From Vulcanimicrobiota bacterium (GTDB lineage: Bacteria > Vulcanimicrobiota > Xenobia > Xenobiales > JADMJV01), in contig JAFKGI010000012.1 in NCBI GenBank assembly GCA_017307785.1, positions 64,001 to 128,000 on the forward strand: 64,000 nucleotides of DNA, given 5' to 3'. The number at the start of each line of letters is the position of its first letter. The first letter of the stretch is position 1. Below the pieces are notes generated by a model. That model ran no database searches, was not told where the DNA came from, and saw only the letters and a program-made list of their open reading frames with translations. The position numbers were made by a program, and so were the translations under genes. Positions 17,845 to 27,459 of the stretch are shown here, one piece after another.

Positions 17845-20800
17845 ATGAGCTCGAAGAATGCCTCGGGGGGAGTGGCGGAGACACCTGTGCCCTCGGCGCG
17901 CTACAAGGCGTTGGGCTCCCTGATCCACGGTTTGCTCGAACGCCTCGAAGATCACAACCGGATCCTCTCTCAACTGAAAAGCGCCCACTGCAATCCAAAG
18001 ACCGTCTATTGGGAATTGCCGGCCTTCGTCGCTCCCCTGCTGGGCCAGCTGGCCATGGAACTGAAGGCCGCCACCGAAGAACTCGGTGGCTGGCTTTTTG
18101 TCGAAGAGCTGGCCAGAGCCATTGCCTCCGAGAAGAATGTGGTGGGCAATCTCATTCGGTTGGCCTCGCTACTGCAGGCTTTTGGCTGTCGACTGGCCGA
18201 GGGCAAAGTCATCTGCACCGACGCTTCTCGTTTGGAATTGATTGACCACCTGCGAGCCAGTGGGCAGGTACCCGGACCTCTGAGTCATTTAGAAGCCAGC
18301 AGCAGAGCTTTTTTCGGTCGCCAGGTAGACGAGAAGACTCTGGCTTCCCTGATTGGACAGACACTCTCTCCGGGTGTGGTAGCGGAGGTGGACCGGAAGC
18401 CGGTCGTCTTCAGCCTGGACCGTCCCCCATCGTGCCGCGATCTTTTGCTCGGCTGTCTACGTCTCTGGAAAGGTCCCCTCAGCTTACGGGAGTTGTTGAC
18501 ACGGCTCAAAAGGCTGGAAGCCTTCCAGGCCACCGCCCTGGAACTGGAAATGGAAGTCCACGGCCTCAAAGCCGAAGGGAAAGTCGGCGAGCGCGAAGGC
18601 CTTTTCTTCTTAGAAGACAGCCATCCCGACCCATCGGACCCGCAAAGCCCGGCCGAAGTAGCTGACCTGGTCTTCCAGACCTTGTTTGAGATCGCCACAG
18701 CCGATGGTGTCGTCCGGCCTGAAGAGATGACTTTGATTGGCAACCTGCTGGCGGTCGAATTCGAACTACCCGCCGACGTCCGTGAACCCTTCGAGACCTT
18801 GCTGGGGATGGCGGTCCATCGTTCTCTCAATCATCGGCAACTGGGGCAGTCTCTATCGGCCAAGAAGCTGGCTAGCTTTTCTCAAGAGTTGCGAGACCAC
18901 GTGTTCCGCGGCGCGGTTGCGGTTGCATTCGTGGACCTGGAGATTCACGAACACGAGCGGCAGGCTCTGGAGGTGGTGGCCAAACGCCTGCGTACCTCCC
19001 TGCCGGCCCCGGCGGTGGTGGAGCGTTTCGGGGAGATGTGCCGCCCACCTTACGTGGACTACGCTTACTTCGGCATTCTCCCCGACCGCTACGATCCTGA
19101 TCGCTTGCATCACAAATTGCTGATTTTACAGAATCACTACCTGGAGAAGCTGGCCGGAGACAACCGACCCCCCGCTCAAGAGGTGGAACGACTGCAGGCT
19201 CTGCTGGCGGAGTTTTATCGCGGGATGCCTTCTTTGCCGGCCCCGTGGCTGGTGGGCCTGGACCTGAAAAACCCCGTCCTGCCGCTTCACAGTCTGCGGC
19301 CGCTGCACTGCTTTTTGCGCGTGGCCCGCAGCGACGGGCCTCTGAACTCGGTCGAGTCGCAAACGATCGCGCGGTTGGTCCGAGGCAGCTTGCACGACCT
19401 TCAGGATCGCGCCCTCTGGAATCTGCAAACCCGCCCTCTGGCGGAGCTGCACATTCCCGCCCCGGAACCGGAAGAACCGGACCTGCGGACACTCAGCTTC
19501 AGCCTGGTGGTGGCCCTTTGCGATGGTCCTCTGAACGTGGAGAAATCCCGCGAATTGCTGTCCCTGGCCAGCGACCTGGGGGTGTCCGAGCGCAGCTTTC
19601 AAGTCCTGCATCAACTGGAGCAGGCCGCCAGGCGTCACCTGCAGGAAGACCCGGGACTGGAGCAGCTCCAGCGTTTGGAGCTGGCTCTCGAGGCGGCCGA
19701 GCGTCTGCCTCGAGACTCGGCCCCACCTTCGGCCGTAGCCACTCCCCTGGTCCTGCCGGATTTACAGCCCGGGGGCCATCCTTACCTGGTCGTCATCCGT
19801 CCCTCGGGTCGGCACAATTTTATTGTTCACCTGCGCGTCCGTTCCGAACTCAATGACGTGCCCTTCCTGCAAGAGCAGCTGAACGCGGCAATCGAGGCTC
19901 GTCCCTGGTTACGCGACCAGTGCGCCGGTAGAAGTTGGTTCCTTTGCAAGGGAGTCAGCAACTGCCTGAGACTATTGCAAGAAGTAAAAGAGAGCCCCTT
20001 CGAAGTGCAGTGGCCTCACGGTCAGCCTTTCCAGGTCCTGGGAAAAGCCGGCCTGCACAACTTGAGAGCCACCATCGGCCAGAAACAGGGATGGTTCGAG
20101 ATCGGCGGCAAGCTTCAGCTAGGACAGGGCCATCAGATCGGTTTATTGGACCTGCTCGACCGCGTCCGGCAGAACCCCGAAGCCATCGCCGTAGCTCCCG
20201 ACACCTTCGTCCAGCTTGACGACGCGCTGCGTTCCCAACTGGAGAAACTCAACTCGCTGCTGCCGGAGGGACTGCACGCGTCCACCATCGACCCCTTGAG
20301 GGCACGCCTGGTGGCCGGCCAGGTCCACTTCTTTGAAGATCAGACCAACAATCACGAGTTCTCGCGCCTGGCGGCCCTGATCGAGGAAGCCGGAGAACTG
20401 AAACCCGATCTCCCGGCCGAGCTTTGGGAGAGACTGCGAGACTACCAGAAAGAGGGTGTGGAGTGGATGCTGCGCACCCTGCACGCCGGATTGGGAGCCT
20501 GCCTGGCCGACGACATGGGACTGGGCAAGACTCTGCAAACGCTTTGTGTGCTCTATCACCGTCGCGCCCAGGGGCCCAGTCTGGTGGTGGCGCCCACTTC
20601 GGTCACCTACAACTGGAAAGAGCAAGCGCAACGCTTCCTGCCGGATCTGCGCGTGTTGCTCTACGAAGGTCCTGGCCCTGTCCGTCACCTGGCCGCCGAA
20701 AAGCTGGATGAATACGAAGTGGTCGTGGTCAGCTACGGGATTTTTCACAAAGACCACGCTCTACTCGGAGCTCGCGACTGGAACTGCCTGGTGTTGGACG

Positions 20801-21780
20801 AAGCCCAAAAAATCAAAAACCCCTCCTCAGCCACGGCTCGTAGCGCCTTTGACATGAAAGCGCGGGCACGCCTGGCCACGACCGGAACTCCCATCGAAAA
20901 TCACCTGGTGGAACTGTGGAGTTTGATGAACTTCCTCAACCCGGGATTGCTCGGCACGCAGAATCATTTTCGCCAGACCTACCTGACGCGCGGAGACGAT
21001 GCGGCCGAGTCCGACCGCCTCAGCAGACTGCGATCTCAGGTCGGCCATTTCATTCTGCGTCGGCGGAAACAGATGGTGGCTCCGCAACTGCCGGCCAAGC
21101 TGGAGACCGTCCACCGCATCGACCTGAGCAGCGAGGAAAGGGAGTTCTACAACCAGATCCGGCGTGGTGCCCTGCAAATGCAGAAAGAGGACCGCATCAG
21201 CCTGCTGACCGCCTTGACCCGATTGCGCCAGGCCTGCTGCGATCCGGCCCTGGTGGACGAACAATGGACCTCGCCCAGCTCCAAGATTTCAGCGGCGGTG
21301 GAAATTCTGGCCGAAGTCAGTGCGGAGGGGCACCAGATTCTGGTGTTCAGTCAGTTTGTCTCCCTGCTCAATCGTCTCGCCCGCCATCTGGATGAGGAAG
21401 GGCTCCCCTATCGCAGCCTCTACGGATCCACTCCAGTCGAAGAGCGAAGAGCGCTGGTGGACGACTTCCAACAGGGGAAATTCCGAATTTTCCTGATCAG
21501 CTTGAAAGCCGGCGGCACGGGCCTCACTTTGACGCGCGCGGATTACGTTCTCCACCTCGACCCCTGGTGGAATCCGGCCGTAGAAGACCAGGCCACCGAC
21601 CGGGCCCACCGCATCGGGCAGACCCAGACGGTCAATGTCTACCGTCTGATTGCCCGCGAAACGGTCGAGGAAAAAGTGCTGGAACTGCATCAAAGCAAAC
21701 GCGAACTGGCGGAATCGGTGTTGGCCCAAGACGGTTCGCCCAGCCTCCTCAGCGTCGAGGACCTGAAAGCTCTACTGTAA
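17845..21780 (+). CDS. SNF2-family ATPase/helicase with N-terminal TerB-like repeats and SNF2-associated domain (paralogue 2)
   Basis: ATG at 17845 with GAAAGGGG upstream. Four TerB-like segments (FEIATADGVVRPEEMTLIGNLL; FVDLEIHEHERQALEVVAKRL; LRVARSDGPLNSVESQTIARLV; VVALCDGPLNVEKSRELLSLASDLGV). SNF2-associated-like region (EVQWPHGQPFQV...GWFEIGGKLQL). DEXD motifs (DDMGLGKTLQTLCVL, LDEAQKIKNP, TGTPIENHLVELW) and helicase-C (LKAGGTGLTLTRADYVLHLDPWWNPAVEDQATDRAHRIGQ); 1311 aa. Confidence 0.85.
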   Translation: MSSKNASGGVAETPVPSARYKALGSLIHGLLERLEDHNRILSQLKSAHCNPKTVYWELPAFVAPLLGQLAMELKAATEELGGWLFVEELARAIASEKNVVGNLIRLASLLQAFGCRLAEGKVICTDASRLELIDHLRASGQVPGPLSHLEASSRAFFGRQVDEKTLASLIGQTLSPGVVAEVDRKPVVFSLDRPPSCRDLLLGCLRLWKGPLSLRELLTRLKRLEAFQATALELEMEVHGLKAEGKVGEREGLFFLEDSHPDPSDPQSPAEVADLVFQTLFEIATADGVVRPEEMTLIGNLLAVEFELPADVREPFETLLGMAVHRSLNHRQLGQSLSAKKLASFSQELRDHVFRGAVAVAFVDLEIHEHERQALEVVAKRLRTSLPAPAVVERFGEMCRPPYVDYAYFGILPDRYDPDRLHHKLLILQNHYLEKLAGDNRPPAQEVERLQALLAEFYRGMPSLPAPWLVGLDLKNPVLPLHSLRPLHCFLRVARSDGPLNSVESQTIARLVRGSLHDLQDRALWNLQTRPLAELHIPAPEPEEPDLRTLSFSLVVALCDGPLNVEKSRELLSLASDLGVSERSFQVLHQLEQAARRHLQEDPGLEQLQRLELALEAAERLPRDSAPPSAVATPLVLPDLQPGGHPYLVVIRPSGRHNFIVHLRVRSELNDVPFLQEQLNAAIEARPWLRDQCAGRSWFLCKGVSNCLRLLQEVKESPFEVQWPHGQPFQVLGKAGLHNLRATIGQKQGWFEIGGKLQLGQGHQIGLLDLLDRVRQNPEAIAVAPDTFVQLDDALRSQLEKLNSLLPEGLHASTIDPLRARLVAGQVHFFEDQTNNHEFSRLAALIEEAGELKPDLPAELWERLRDYQKEGVEWMLRTLHAGLGACLADDMGLGKTLQTLCVLYHRRAQGPSLVVAPTSVTYNWKEQAQRFLPDLRVLLYEGPGPVRHLAAEKLDEYEVVVVSYGIFHKDHALLGARDWNCLVLDEAQKIKNPSSATARSAFDMKARARLATTGTPIENHLVELWSLMNFLNPGLLGTQNHFRQTYLTRGDDAAESDRLSRLRSQVGHFILRRRKQMVAPQLPAKLETVHRIDLSSEEREFYNQIRRGALQMQKEDRISLLTALTRLRQACCDPALVDEQWTSPSSKISAAVEILAEVSAEGHQILVFSQFVSLLNRLARHLDEEGLPYRSLYGSTPVEERRALVDDFQQGKFRIFLISLKAGGTGLTLTRADYVLHLDPWWNPAVEDQATDRAHRIGQTQTVNVYRLIARETVEEKVLELHQSKRELAESVLAQDGSPSLLSVEDLKALL

Positions 21781-22563
21781 CAACCTCGACTGCAAGAAGG
21801 CCACCACTCGGTTAAATTCCGCCTCCAGCTCCGGAAGATGCTCCTTTTCCAAAGCTTTCTCTTGCTGTCCAAGCATTTCGGCGAGTCGCATCGCGCCGAC
21901 CATTCCGGCACTTCCTTTGAGCGAGTGCAAGGTATGAGAGCTGTAGTTGAGAGCCAGACTACCCAACTGACGCCGTCCTTCGGCCGTGAACGTCTCGATC
22001 AATTCTCGCTCGAATTCCGCGTCGTCCATACAAGAACGGTTGAGCGCGTCCAAATCGACCGGTGATCCGACCATTTCCTGTTGCTGAGCCAGACAAGGGC
22101 AACGAAACAACTCTCCGGGCGAAAAGCGCGCTCCCACCTGAGCCGCCAGATAGTCGACCAGAGGTCCCCGAACCCGCTCTCGACCCTGCGGCAGGGTGCT
22201 CAGGAAAACCAGCTCGGAGTCGTCCCCCTCAATCGAAATAGCGATGGAAATCGAGGGAGGGGTTTCTCCAAAGGCCTGCCAGTTAAGGGCCACCAGAAGA
22301 TATTCCAGCGCCTGCGGATGCCCCCAGCGCAAAGAAACCAATCCTTCCCGCGGCTGCAGCAGCAGGCCCCGGCGACGGCCCACATCGACAGCCCAGGCCT
22401 GCACTTCAAAAAGCTGCGGCCCCCCGTCTCGACGGGCGAACTCGCAAGCCAAGTTCCCCTGGCGAGCCAGCCAGCGCAGTTCGGACAACGAGGCCGGCTC
22501 CTGCAGGCCCCTATCCAGATCCGACCAGAGCTCTTCCCAGACTTCGAGAGGGAAGGAACTCAC
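21772..22563 (-). CDS. Hpt (histidine phosphotransfer) domain protein
   Basis: C-terminal Hpt signature HSLKGSAGMVGAMRLAEM; 263 aa. The start overlaps the stop of the upstream receiver gene by 4 nt. Confidence 0.6.
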   Translation of the reverse strand: MSSFPLEVWEELWSDLDRGLQEPASLSELRWLARQGNLACEFARRDGGPQLFEVQAWAVDVGRRRGLLLQPREGLVSLRWGHPQALEYLLVALNWQAFGETPPSISIAISIEGDDSELVFLSTLPQGRERVRGPLVDYLAAQVGARFSPGELFRCPCLAQQQEMVGSPVDLDALNRSCMDDAEFERELIETFTAEGRRQLGSLALNYSSHTLHSLKGSAGMVGAMRLAEMLGQQEKALEKEHLPELEAEFNRVVAFLQSRLLQ

Positions 22564-22949
22564 TGGACAACCACTTTCGCCATCAAAGACTTAACCCGTT
22601 GCACCAATTCGGCCGGGTCGAAAGGCTTCGGCAAGAAGTCGTCCGCGCCGGCGCGTCGGGCTTGTTCCGCGATGTCACTTTCCGTGATCGAACTGAAGAT
22701 CAGCAGCGGGATATGCTTGAAATCCAGATGGAATTTGAGCAGACGGCACAGCGCCATACCGTGCAGGGAAGGCAAAATCAGGTCCATCAGCAGCAGGTCA
22801 GGCTTCTTCATCTGAATGGCGCGGTAAGCTTCCAGGCCATCGTGAAAGAGTGTTACCTTCACTTCGGGTAATTGTAAGAGAGCGCGCTTGACCCCCAACG
22901 CCTGGGTAGGACTGTCTTCGACCACGTAGATTTGAAGGAGTTCGCTCAT
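22560..22949 (-). CDS. single-domain response regulator (CheY/PilH-like receiver)
   Basis: ATG at 22949 (MSELLQIYVVEDSPTQ...). Conserved receiver Asp pocket (VVEDS), phospho-acceptor D in LLLMDLILP, and T/K equivalents (IFSS...KPF). Confidence 0.8.
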   Translation of the reverse strand: MSELLQIYVVEDSPTQALGVKRALLQLPEVKVTLFHDGLEAYRAIQMKKPDLLLMDLILPSLHGMALCRLLKFHLDFKHIPLLIFSSITESDIAEQARRAGADDFLPKPFDPAELVQRVKSLMAKVVVQ

Positions 22950-23042
22950 CCTGGGGGCCGTTCGCGCTCGCTCAGGCATTTCCCCGTGGTCCCAGGACCA
23001 GCCGCAAATTAGACCGAAAACCGGTCCAGGAGAATTCAAAAC

Positions 23043-24248
23043 TTGGCCAGATTTACCTATGAGGCGCAGGACGCTCAACAACATACCGTAACGGGTACGC
23101 TGCAGGCCGCCGATCGCGATGCGGCCCTACAGACGTTGTCGGAAAAATACCCCCTGGTCACCGAATTGACGGAACTCAAAACCAAGCAGTCGCTGCTGGG
23201 AATGTTTCGTCGCGGACCGAGCGCGGAGCAAATTCTGGCCGTTTACCAGCAGTTGGCCGTCGCCACCAATGCCGGGGTACCTCTGAAGCAGAGCCTGGAT
23301 ACCATGGCGGAGGATTCAGACAGCCCCCGCCTCCAGGCGGTGCTCTTTCAAATGTCAGCCTCCCTGTCTTCGGGCTCGACCTTGAGTCAGGCCATGAGCG
23401 AACACCCCGAAGTCTTCGCCGCCTATCAGCCGAAACTGGTCCAGGCTGGCGAGGTTTCCGGTAAGATGTCCGAAGTGCTGATCCAGCTCGCGGCCGATAT
23501 GGAAGGTCGCGAGGCCCTGACCAGCCAGGTCCGCTCCGCCATCGCCTACCCGATTTTCGTCATGGTGGTGGCCGGGCTACTCTCGGCCGGGATGTTGGGC
23601 TGGGGTGTGCCCCAGATCAAGGGCGTTTTCGATGCAATGGGGGCTGAGCTGCCGCTTCCCACCCGGTTTCTGGTCTTGATCGGTCTGAGTCTATCGCAGA
23701 ATTGGTGGATGTGGATTTTGGGTCTGGCGCTGGCCTTCTATCTCTACCGGCGACTCTCGAAGAATGCGCGAGTTCGCCATTTCGTGGAGCGAGTGGTGCT
23801 CGTCAGCTGGCCTTTCGGAGAAGTGTATCGACTGCTCAACGTCTCGCTGTTCGCGCGCACCCTGGGACTGCTCTACCGCAGCGGACTGCCGCTGTCCACA
23901 GCCCTGGAGGTCCTCGGGGAGGCGACTTCCAGCCTGCGCATGGTCGACGTCGTCAACACGCTGAAGCGCCGCGTCACCCACGGAGAATTACTCTCCTCGG
24001 CGATGCGCGGCACAGGATTCTTTCCTTCGATGGCCATCGAGATGGTCTCCACCGGGGAAAGTTCCGGCTCTCTCGACAAGATGCTGACCGAACTGGATCG
24101 GTTCTACACCCGCCGCTGCGAACACTCGATCAAGGCCCTCACCAGTCTGATCGAACCCGCCCTGACGGTGGTGGTGGGAATTCTGCTGGGCGGCGTAATT
24201 CTAGGATTGGCCCTGCCTTTCCTGAATCTGCCGGCTTTGATGATGTGA
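23043..24248 (+). CDS. type II secretion / type IV pilus platform protein GspF/PilC family
   Basis: TTG start at 23043. Typical GspF N-terminus (FTYEAQDAQQHTVTGTLQA), two T2SSF repeats and three TM segments; 401 aa. Confidence 0.85.
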   Translation: MARFTYEAQDAQQHTVTGTLQAADRDAALQTLSEKYPLVTELTELKTKQSLLGMFRRGPSAEQILAVYQQLAVATNAGVPLKQSLDTMAEDSDSPRLQAVLFQMSASLSSGSTLSQAMSEHPEVFAAYQPKLVQAGEVSGKMSEVLIQLAADMEGREALTSQVRSAIAYPIFVMVVAGLLSAGMLGWGVPQIKGVFDAMGAELPLPTRFLVLIGLSLSQNWWMWILGLALAFYLYRRLSKNARVRHFVERVVLVSWPFGEVYRLLNVSLFARTLGLLYRSGLPLSTALEVLGEATSSLRMVDVVNTLKRRVTHGELLSSAMRGTGFFPSMAIEMVSTGESSGSLDKMLTELDRFYTRRCEHSIKALTSLIEPALTVVVGILLGGVILGLALPFLNLPALMM

Positions 24249-24249
24249 A

Positions 24250-24616
24250 AATGCAAAGAGGCTTTCTGCTCATTGAGGTCGTGGTGGCCTTCGCACTGCT
24301 CTTTATCAGCGGAGTTTCCATGTTTACCACCCTCTCCAAGAGCGACCTGGGCTATACGCAGGCCATCCAAACCCGAGTAGCCCTGAGACTCTGTGGAGAA
24401 AATCTGGAATCCTTGCGAGCCGGGACGCTCAAGGCGACGGTCGGGACCCAAACGCTCAGCACGGTTACACAGACGGCGGGCAAATCCGGCACTCTCTACA
24501 CCCCCAAGTTGGTGGTCAGCACCAGCGGAACGTTGCTACTGGTTCGTTCGCAGGTCAGCTGGACCGAGGGACGCCGCACTCACCTTGTGGAGCTCAAAAC
24601 CCTTGTCGCGCCATAA
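24250..24616 (+). CDS. prepilin-type N-terminal domain pseudopilin
   Basis: ATG at 24250 within ORF 23702..24616. Class III signal-peptide-like MQRGFLLIEVVVAFALLFISGV, with the GF-x-x-x-E prepilin cleavage/methylation motif. Confidence 0.55.
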
Positions 24617-24623
24617 GCGGGGA

Positions 24624-25181
24624 ATGACCCTGATGGAGACCATCGTCGCCTCTTTCCTGCTGGGCATCACCTGCACGTTAATGATGACCTTCTTTGTCTA
24701 CGCCCTGCGCCAAACCCAACGCAATATGTTGCGCCAAGAACTGATCATCGGTGGAGAGAAAATCGTCGACCGCGTCCTCGCCAGCTACGCGCCCAGCCGC
24801 GACACTCTATTGCTGGCCAATACCTCGATCAACGGGGTCTTGATTCCGCAGGCCTCCACCGTGAACTCCAGCAAGCTGGTCTTTGACTCTTCCGGCAACC
24901 TGGTCTGGAGCAGCTGGAAAGCCTTTGGCTACGACACCACCAATCGACAGGTGTGGCAGGCCTGGCAGGCCTTCGTCACTCCCGTCACCAGCGGAGGAGA
25001 ATTGACGACTGGCCCCACCACCACCTCTCCCGCCAACTGGACCCGGAAGGTCATTGCCAAGAACGTAACCCTGTTCAGCGTGACTGGACCTAACAATGGT
25101 GTCATACGTGTGCGCGTAATTCTCAGCGACAGCAGCGGCTACAAGGTGGAAATCGCTTCTTCGGGGGACTCGCTCAATTGA
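24624..25181 (+). CDS. prepilin-type pseudopilin
   Basis: ATG at 24624 (MTLMETIVASFLLGITCTLMMTFFV). Prepilin-like N-terminus with Glu at +5 of the hydrophobic segment; the stop overlaps the next gene. Confidence 0.5.
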   Translation: MTLMETIVASFLLGITCTLMMTFFVYALRQTQRNMLRQELIIGGEKIVDRVLASYAPSRDTLLLANTSINGVLIPQASTVNSSKLVFDSSGNLVWSSWKAFGYDTTNRQVWQAWQAFVTPVTSGGELTTGPTTTSPANWTRKVIAKNVTLFSVTGPNNGVIRVRVILSDSSGYKVEIASSGDSLN

Positions 25182-26425
25182 GACGCCGCCGACAAGCTTT
25201 CATCCTTCCTCTGGCCGTTTTGCTCTGCTTCTTGATGTTGCTCATCGCCTTCGTACTGCAGGATCAAAGCCGCAAGCAGATGCGCTTTGCTTCGCTGCAG
25301 GTACGCGCCGAGCAGGCGGCCAATGCGGCGGACGCGGGTCTCGTCATCGCGCTGCAACAGCTGGCCAGCAACCCGGCCTACACGGGCGTAAGCACGCTGC
25401 AGACGCTGGCGGAAGGTCCAGAAACCTATAAAATTGCCATTCTGCAGGCCGGAGCCAGCATGCCCGACGGACAAACCGTGCCCAGCGGCAATCTGTTCGC
25501 ACTGGCCAGCGGTTACAGTCTGGGCAACGCCAACGCCAGAAGCGGAGCCCTGGTCAAGGTCGGCACGAGCGGTAGCAAAGGTCTACCCGGCGTCTACGGT
25601 AGCAGCGTGCGACTTTCTGGTGGCGCCTTCGTGGATTCTTACAACAGCACCAAGGGCGCCTACTTGATCGGCTCCAAGAACGGCAGCGTCTTGACCAATT
25701 CGACCAGCGCGGGCTCGGTCATCATCGAAGGCGCGTCGCAGATCTACGGCCCGGTTTCCATCGGTCCCAAGGGGGTCCTGGATCCAAACAGTTCGGGCGG
25801 TACGACCATGAATAGCGCTTATACGGTCTGGCGCGACTGGAGCACCAGCTATGTTTCCTCGAGTCTGCAGACCAGCGCCAAGGACATGCCGGCCGTCACC
25901 CTTCCGTCGGCGGTCGGCAAAACCAGCGTCTCCATGAGTTGGGGAACCAACACGCTGGCACCCGGCAACTATGACTCCGTCTCCATCGGCAATGCGGGCA
26001 CCCTCACGCTCAAGGCGGGTGTCTATGTGATGAACAGCTTCAGCATTGGAGGTGGCGCCAACATTCAGGTCGCCGGCGATGGCCCGGTTCAGATCTACGT
26101 TGCCAAGTCGTTCAGTCTGAACAATGGCGCCGTGGTCTCCAATTCCAAGGTCAGTCCATCCCTGCTCCAGATCAATATGGCCGATGGTTCCACCTACGAC
26201 CAGCAAGGCGGCACTCAGCTGACGGGAGTCGTCTATGGGCCCAGTGCCACCGCCAACTTGAGCAATGGCTCCACCATCTATGGGTCCCTGTCCGGAAACA
26301 GCGTGAAGATCGCGGGCGCTTCCTGGGTTCACTACGATGAGGCGCTCAGTGAATTCTCGCTGGGCGGCAGCAGCTCCAGCGGCAGCACCTCCGGGCTTAC
26401 CGTACTCTTTCGCCAGCGCTGGTAG
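25178..26425 (+). CDS. large minor-pseudopilin/pilus-associated protein (GspK/PilX-like)
   Basis: N-terminal TM anchor (AFILPLAVLLCFLMLLIAFVL) followed by a Gly/Ser/Thr-rich extracellular beta-rich domain; 415 aa. Assigned by context within the pseudopilin run. Confidence 0.4.
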   Translation: MRRRRQAFILPLAVLLCFLMLLIAFVLQDQSRKQMRFASLQVRAEQAANAADAGLVIALQQLASNPAYTGVSTLQTLAEGPETYKIAILQAGASMPDGQTVPSGNLFALASGYSLGNANARSGALVKVGTSGSKGLPGVYGSSVRLSGGAFVDSYNSTKGAYLIGSKNGSVLTNSTSAGSVIIEGASQIYGPVSIGPKGVLDPNSSGGTTMNSAYTVWRDWSTSYVSSSLQTSAKDMPAVTLPSAVGKTSVSMSWGTNTLAPGNYDSVSIGNAGTLTLKAGVYVMNSFSIGGGANIQVAGDGPVQIYVAKSFSLNNGAVVSNSKVSPSLLQINMADGSTYDQQGGTQLTGVVYGPSATANLSNGSTIYGSLSGNSVKIAGASWVHYDEALSEFSLGGSSSSGSTSGLTVLFRQRW

Positions 26426-26457
26426 GGAAGCCTCAGTTCCAATCCGAAGCACAGGCG

Positions 26458-27459
26458 GTGCTTTGGGGCAAGAAAATCCAACTGGGAATCGACGTCGGAA
26501 GCGACTCTATCAAGGTATGTACCTTAGAGAGCAACGGCACTTCTTGTAGCGTAGCTTTGCATCCGCTACTACCACACCGTTCCAGCCAGGAACAGATGCT
26601 GGAGGGGCCGGCTCTGAGTCAACGGCTGAGCTCTCTGGCCGCTGAGCTCAAGGCGAAGGGCAAAGGGAAGGCCCATCTTTCCCTGCACGCTCCCACCACG
26701 GCCAGCGGTTACCTGGAACTCCCCAAACTGAGCATGGATAAGCTACAGGTAGCCATTCCCTCGGCGGTCGCCCGCGAGATTCCCCACTCGCTTCAGGAAG
26801 TCAACCTGTTCCCGATGCCGGTCCCGAGTTTGGGCGACACCACCATGCAGGGCATCTTCTTTGTGGCCGTTCCCAAGACGATTCAGGATGCCCAAACCCG
26901 GTCTTTCACGCAAGCAGGCTTTGAGGTCGGCAGCGGCGAGCCCGGCCTGCTGGCCTGCCTGCGGGGACTCACCAAGAATGTGGCCCTTCCGGCCGAGCAA
27001 GTCACCGCTCTCGTCCTGTCCGGTTACCAGCGCACTTCGGTTGTCCTGCTCAAGGGTCCTCACCCTTACTTCTGCCGCGAGTTCCGACTGGCCGGCAGCG
27101 ACTTTACCTACGCCTTCCAAATGGGAGACCAGGTCGATTGGGCCGAGGCGGAACGCCGCAAGCTGCAGTACGACGTCGGCGAAAAGGACTTCAAGGTGGA
27201 ATCCTTCGTGCAGCGTTGGCTGGGTGACGTGCAGCGCTCGCTGACCTACGCGTCTCAAAAGCACGCCCAGCTGGTGCCCACCCAGGTCATACTCAGCGGG
27301 GGCACCGCCCTCTGGAGGGGTCTGGCGGAACGCTTGAGCGAGTTCCTGAACCTGCCCGTGCAGCGTCACCAATGGGATCGCCTGAAGTTGAGCGGCAGCA
27401 GCGGTCCGAGCGAGATCGCGCTCTATGATGAAGCCATCGGCCTGGTGTGCCGCTCTTGA
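26458..27459 (+). CDS. PilM/actin-like pilus assembly ATPase-fold protein
   Basis: GTG start. N-terminal LGIDVGSDSIKV phosphate-1 motif of the actin/Hsp70-like PilM family and C-terminal ILSGG(TA) phosphate-2-like motif (VILSGGTAL). Confidence 0.55.
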   Translation: MLWGKKIQLGIDVGSDSIKVCTLESNGTSCSVALHPLLPHRSSQEQMLEGPALSQRLSSLAAELKAKGKGKAHLSLHAPTTASGYLELPKLSMDKLQVAIPSAVAREIPHSLQEVNLFPMPVPSLGDTTMQGIFFVAVPKTIQDAQTRSFTQAGFEVGSGEPGLLACLRGLTKNVALPAEQVTALVLSGYQRTSVVLLKGPHPYFCREFRLAGSDFTYAFQMGDQVDWAEAERRKLQYDVGEKDFKVESFVQRWLGDVQRSLTYASQKHAQLVPTQVILSGGTALWRGLAERLSEFLNLPVQRHQWDRLKLSGSSGPSEIALYDEAIGLVCRS

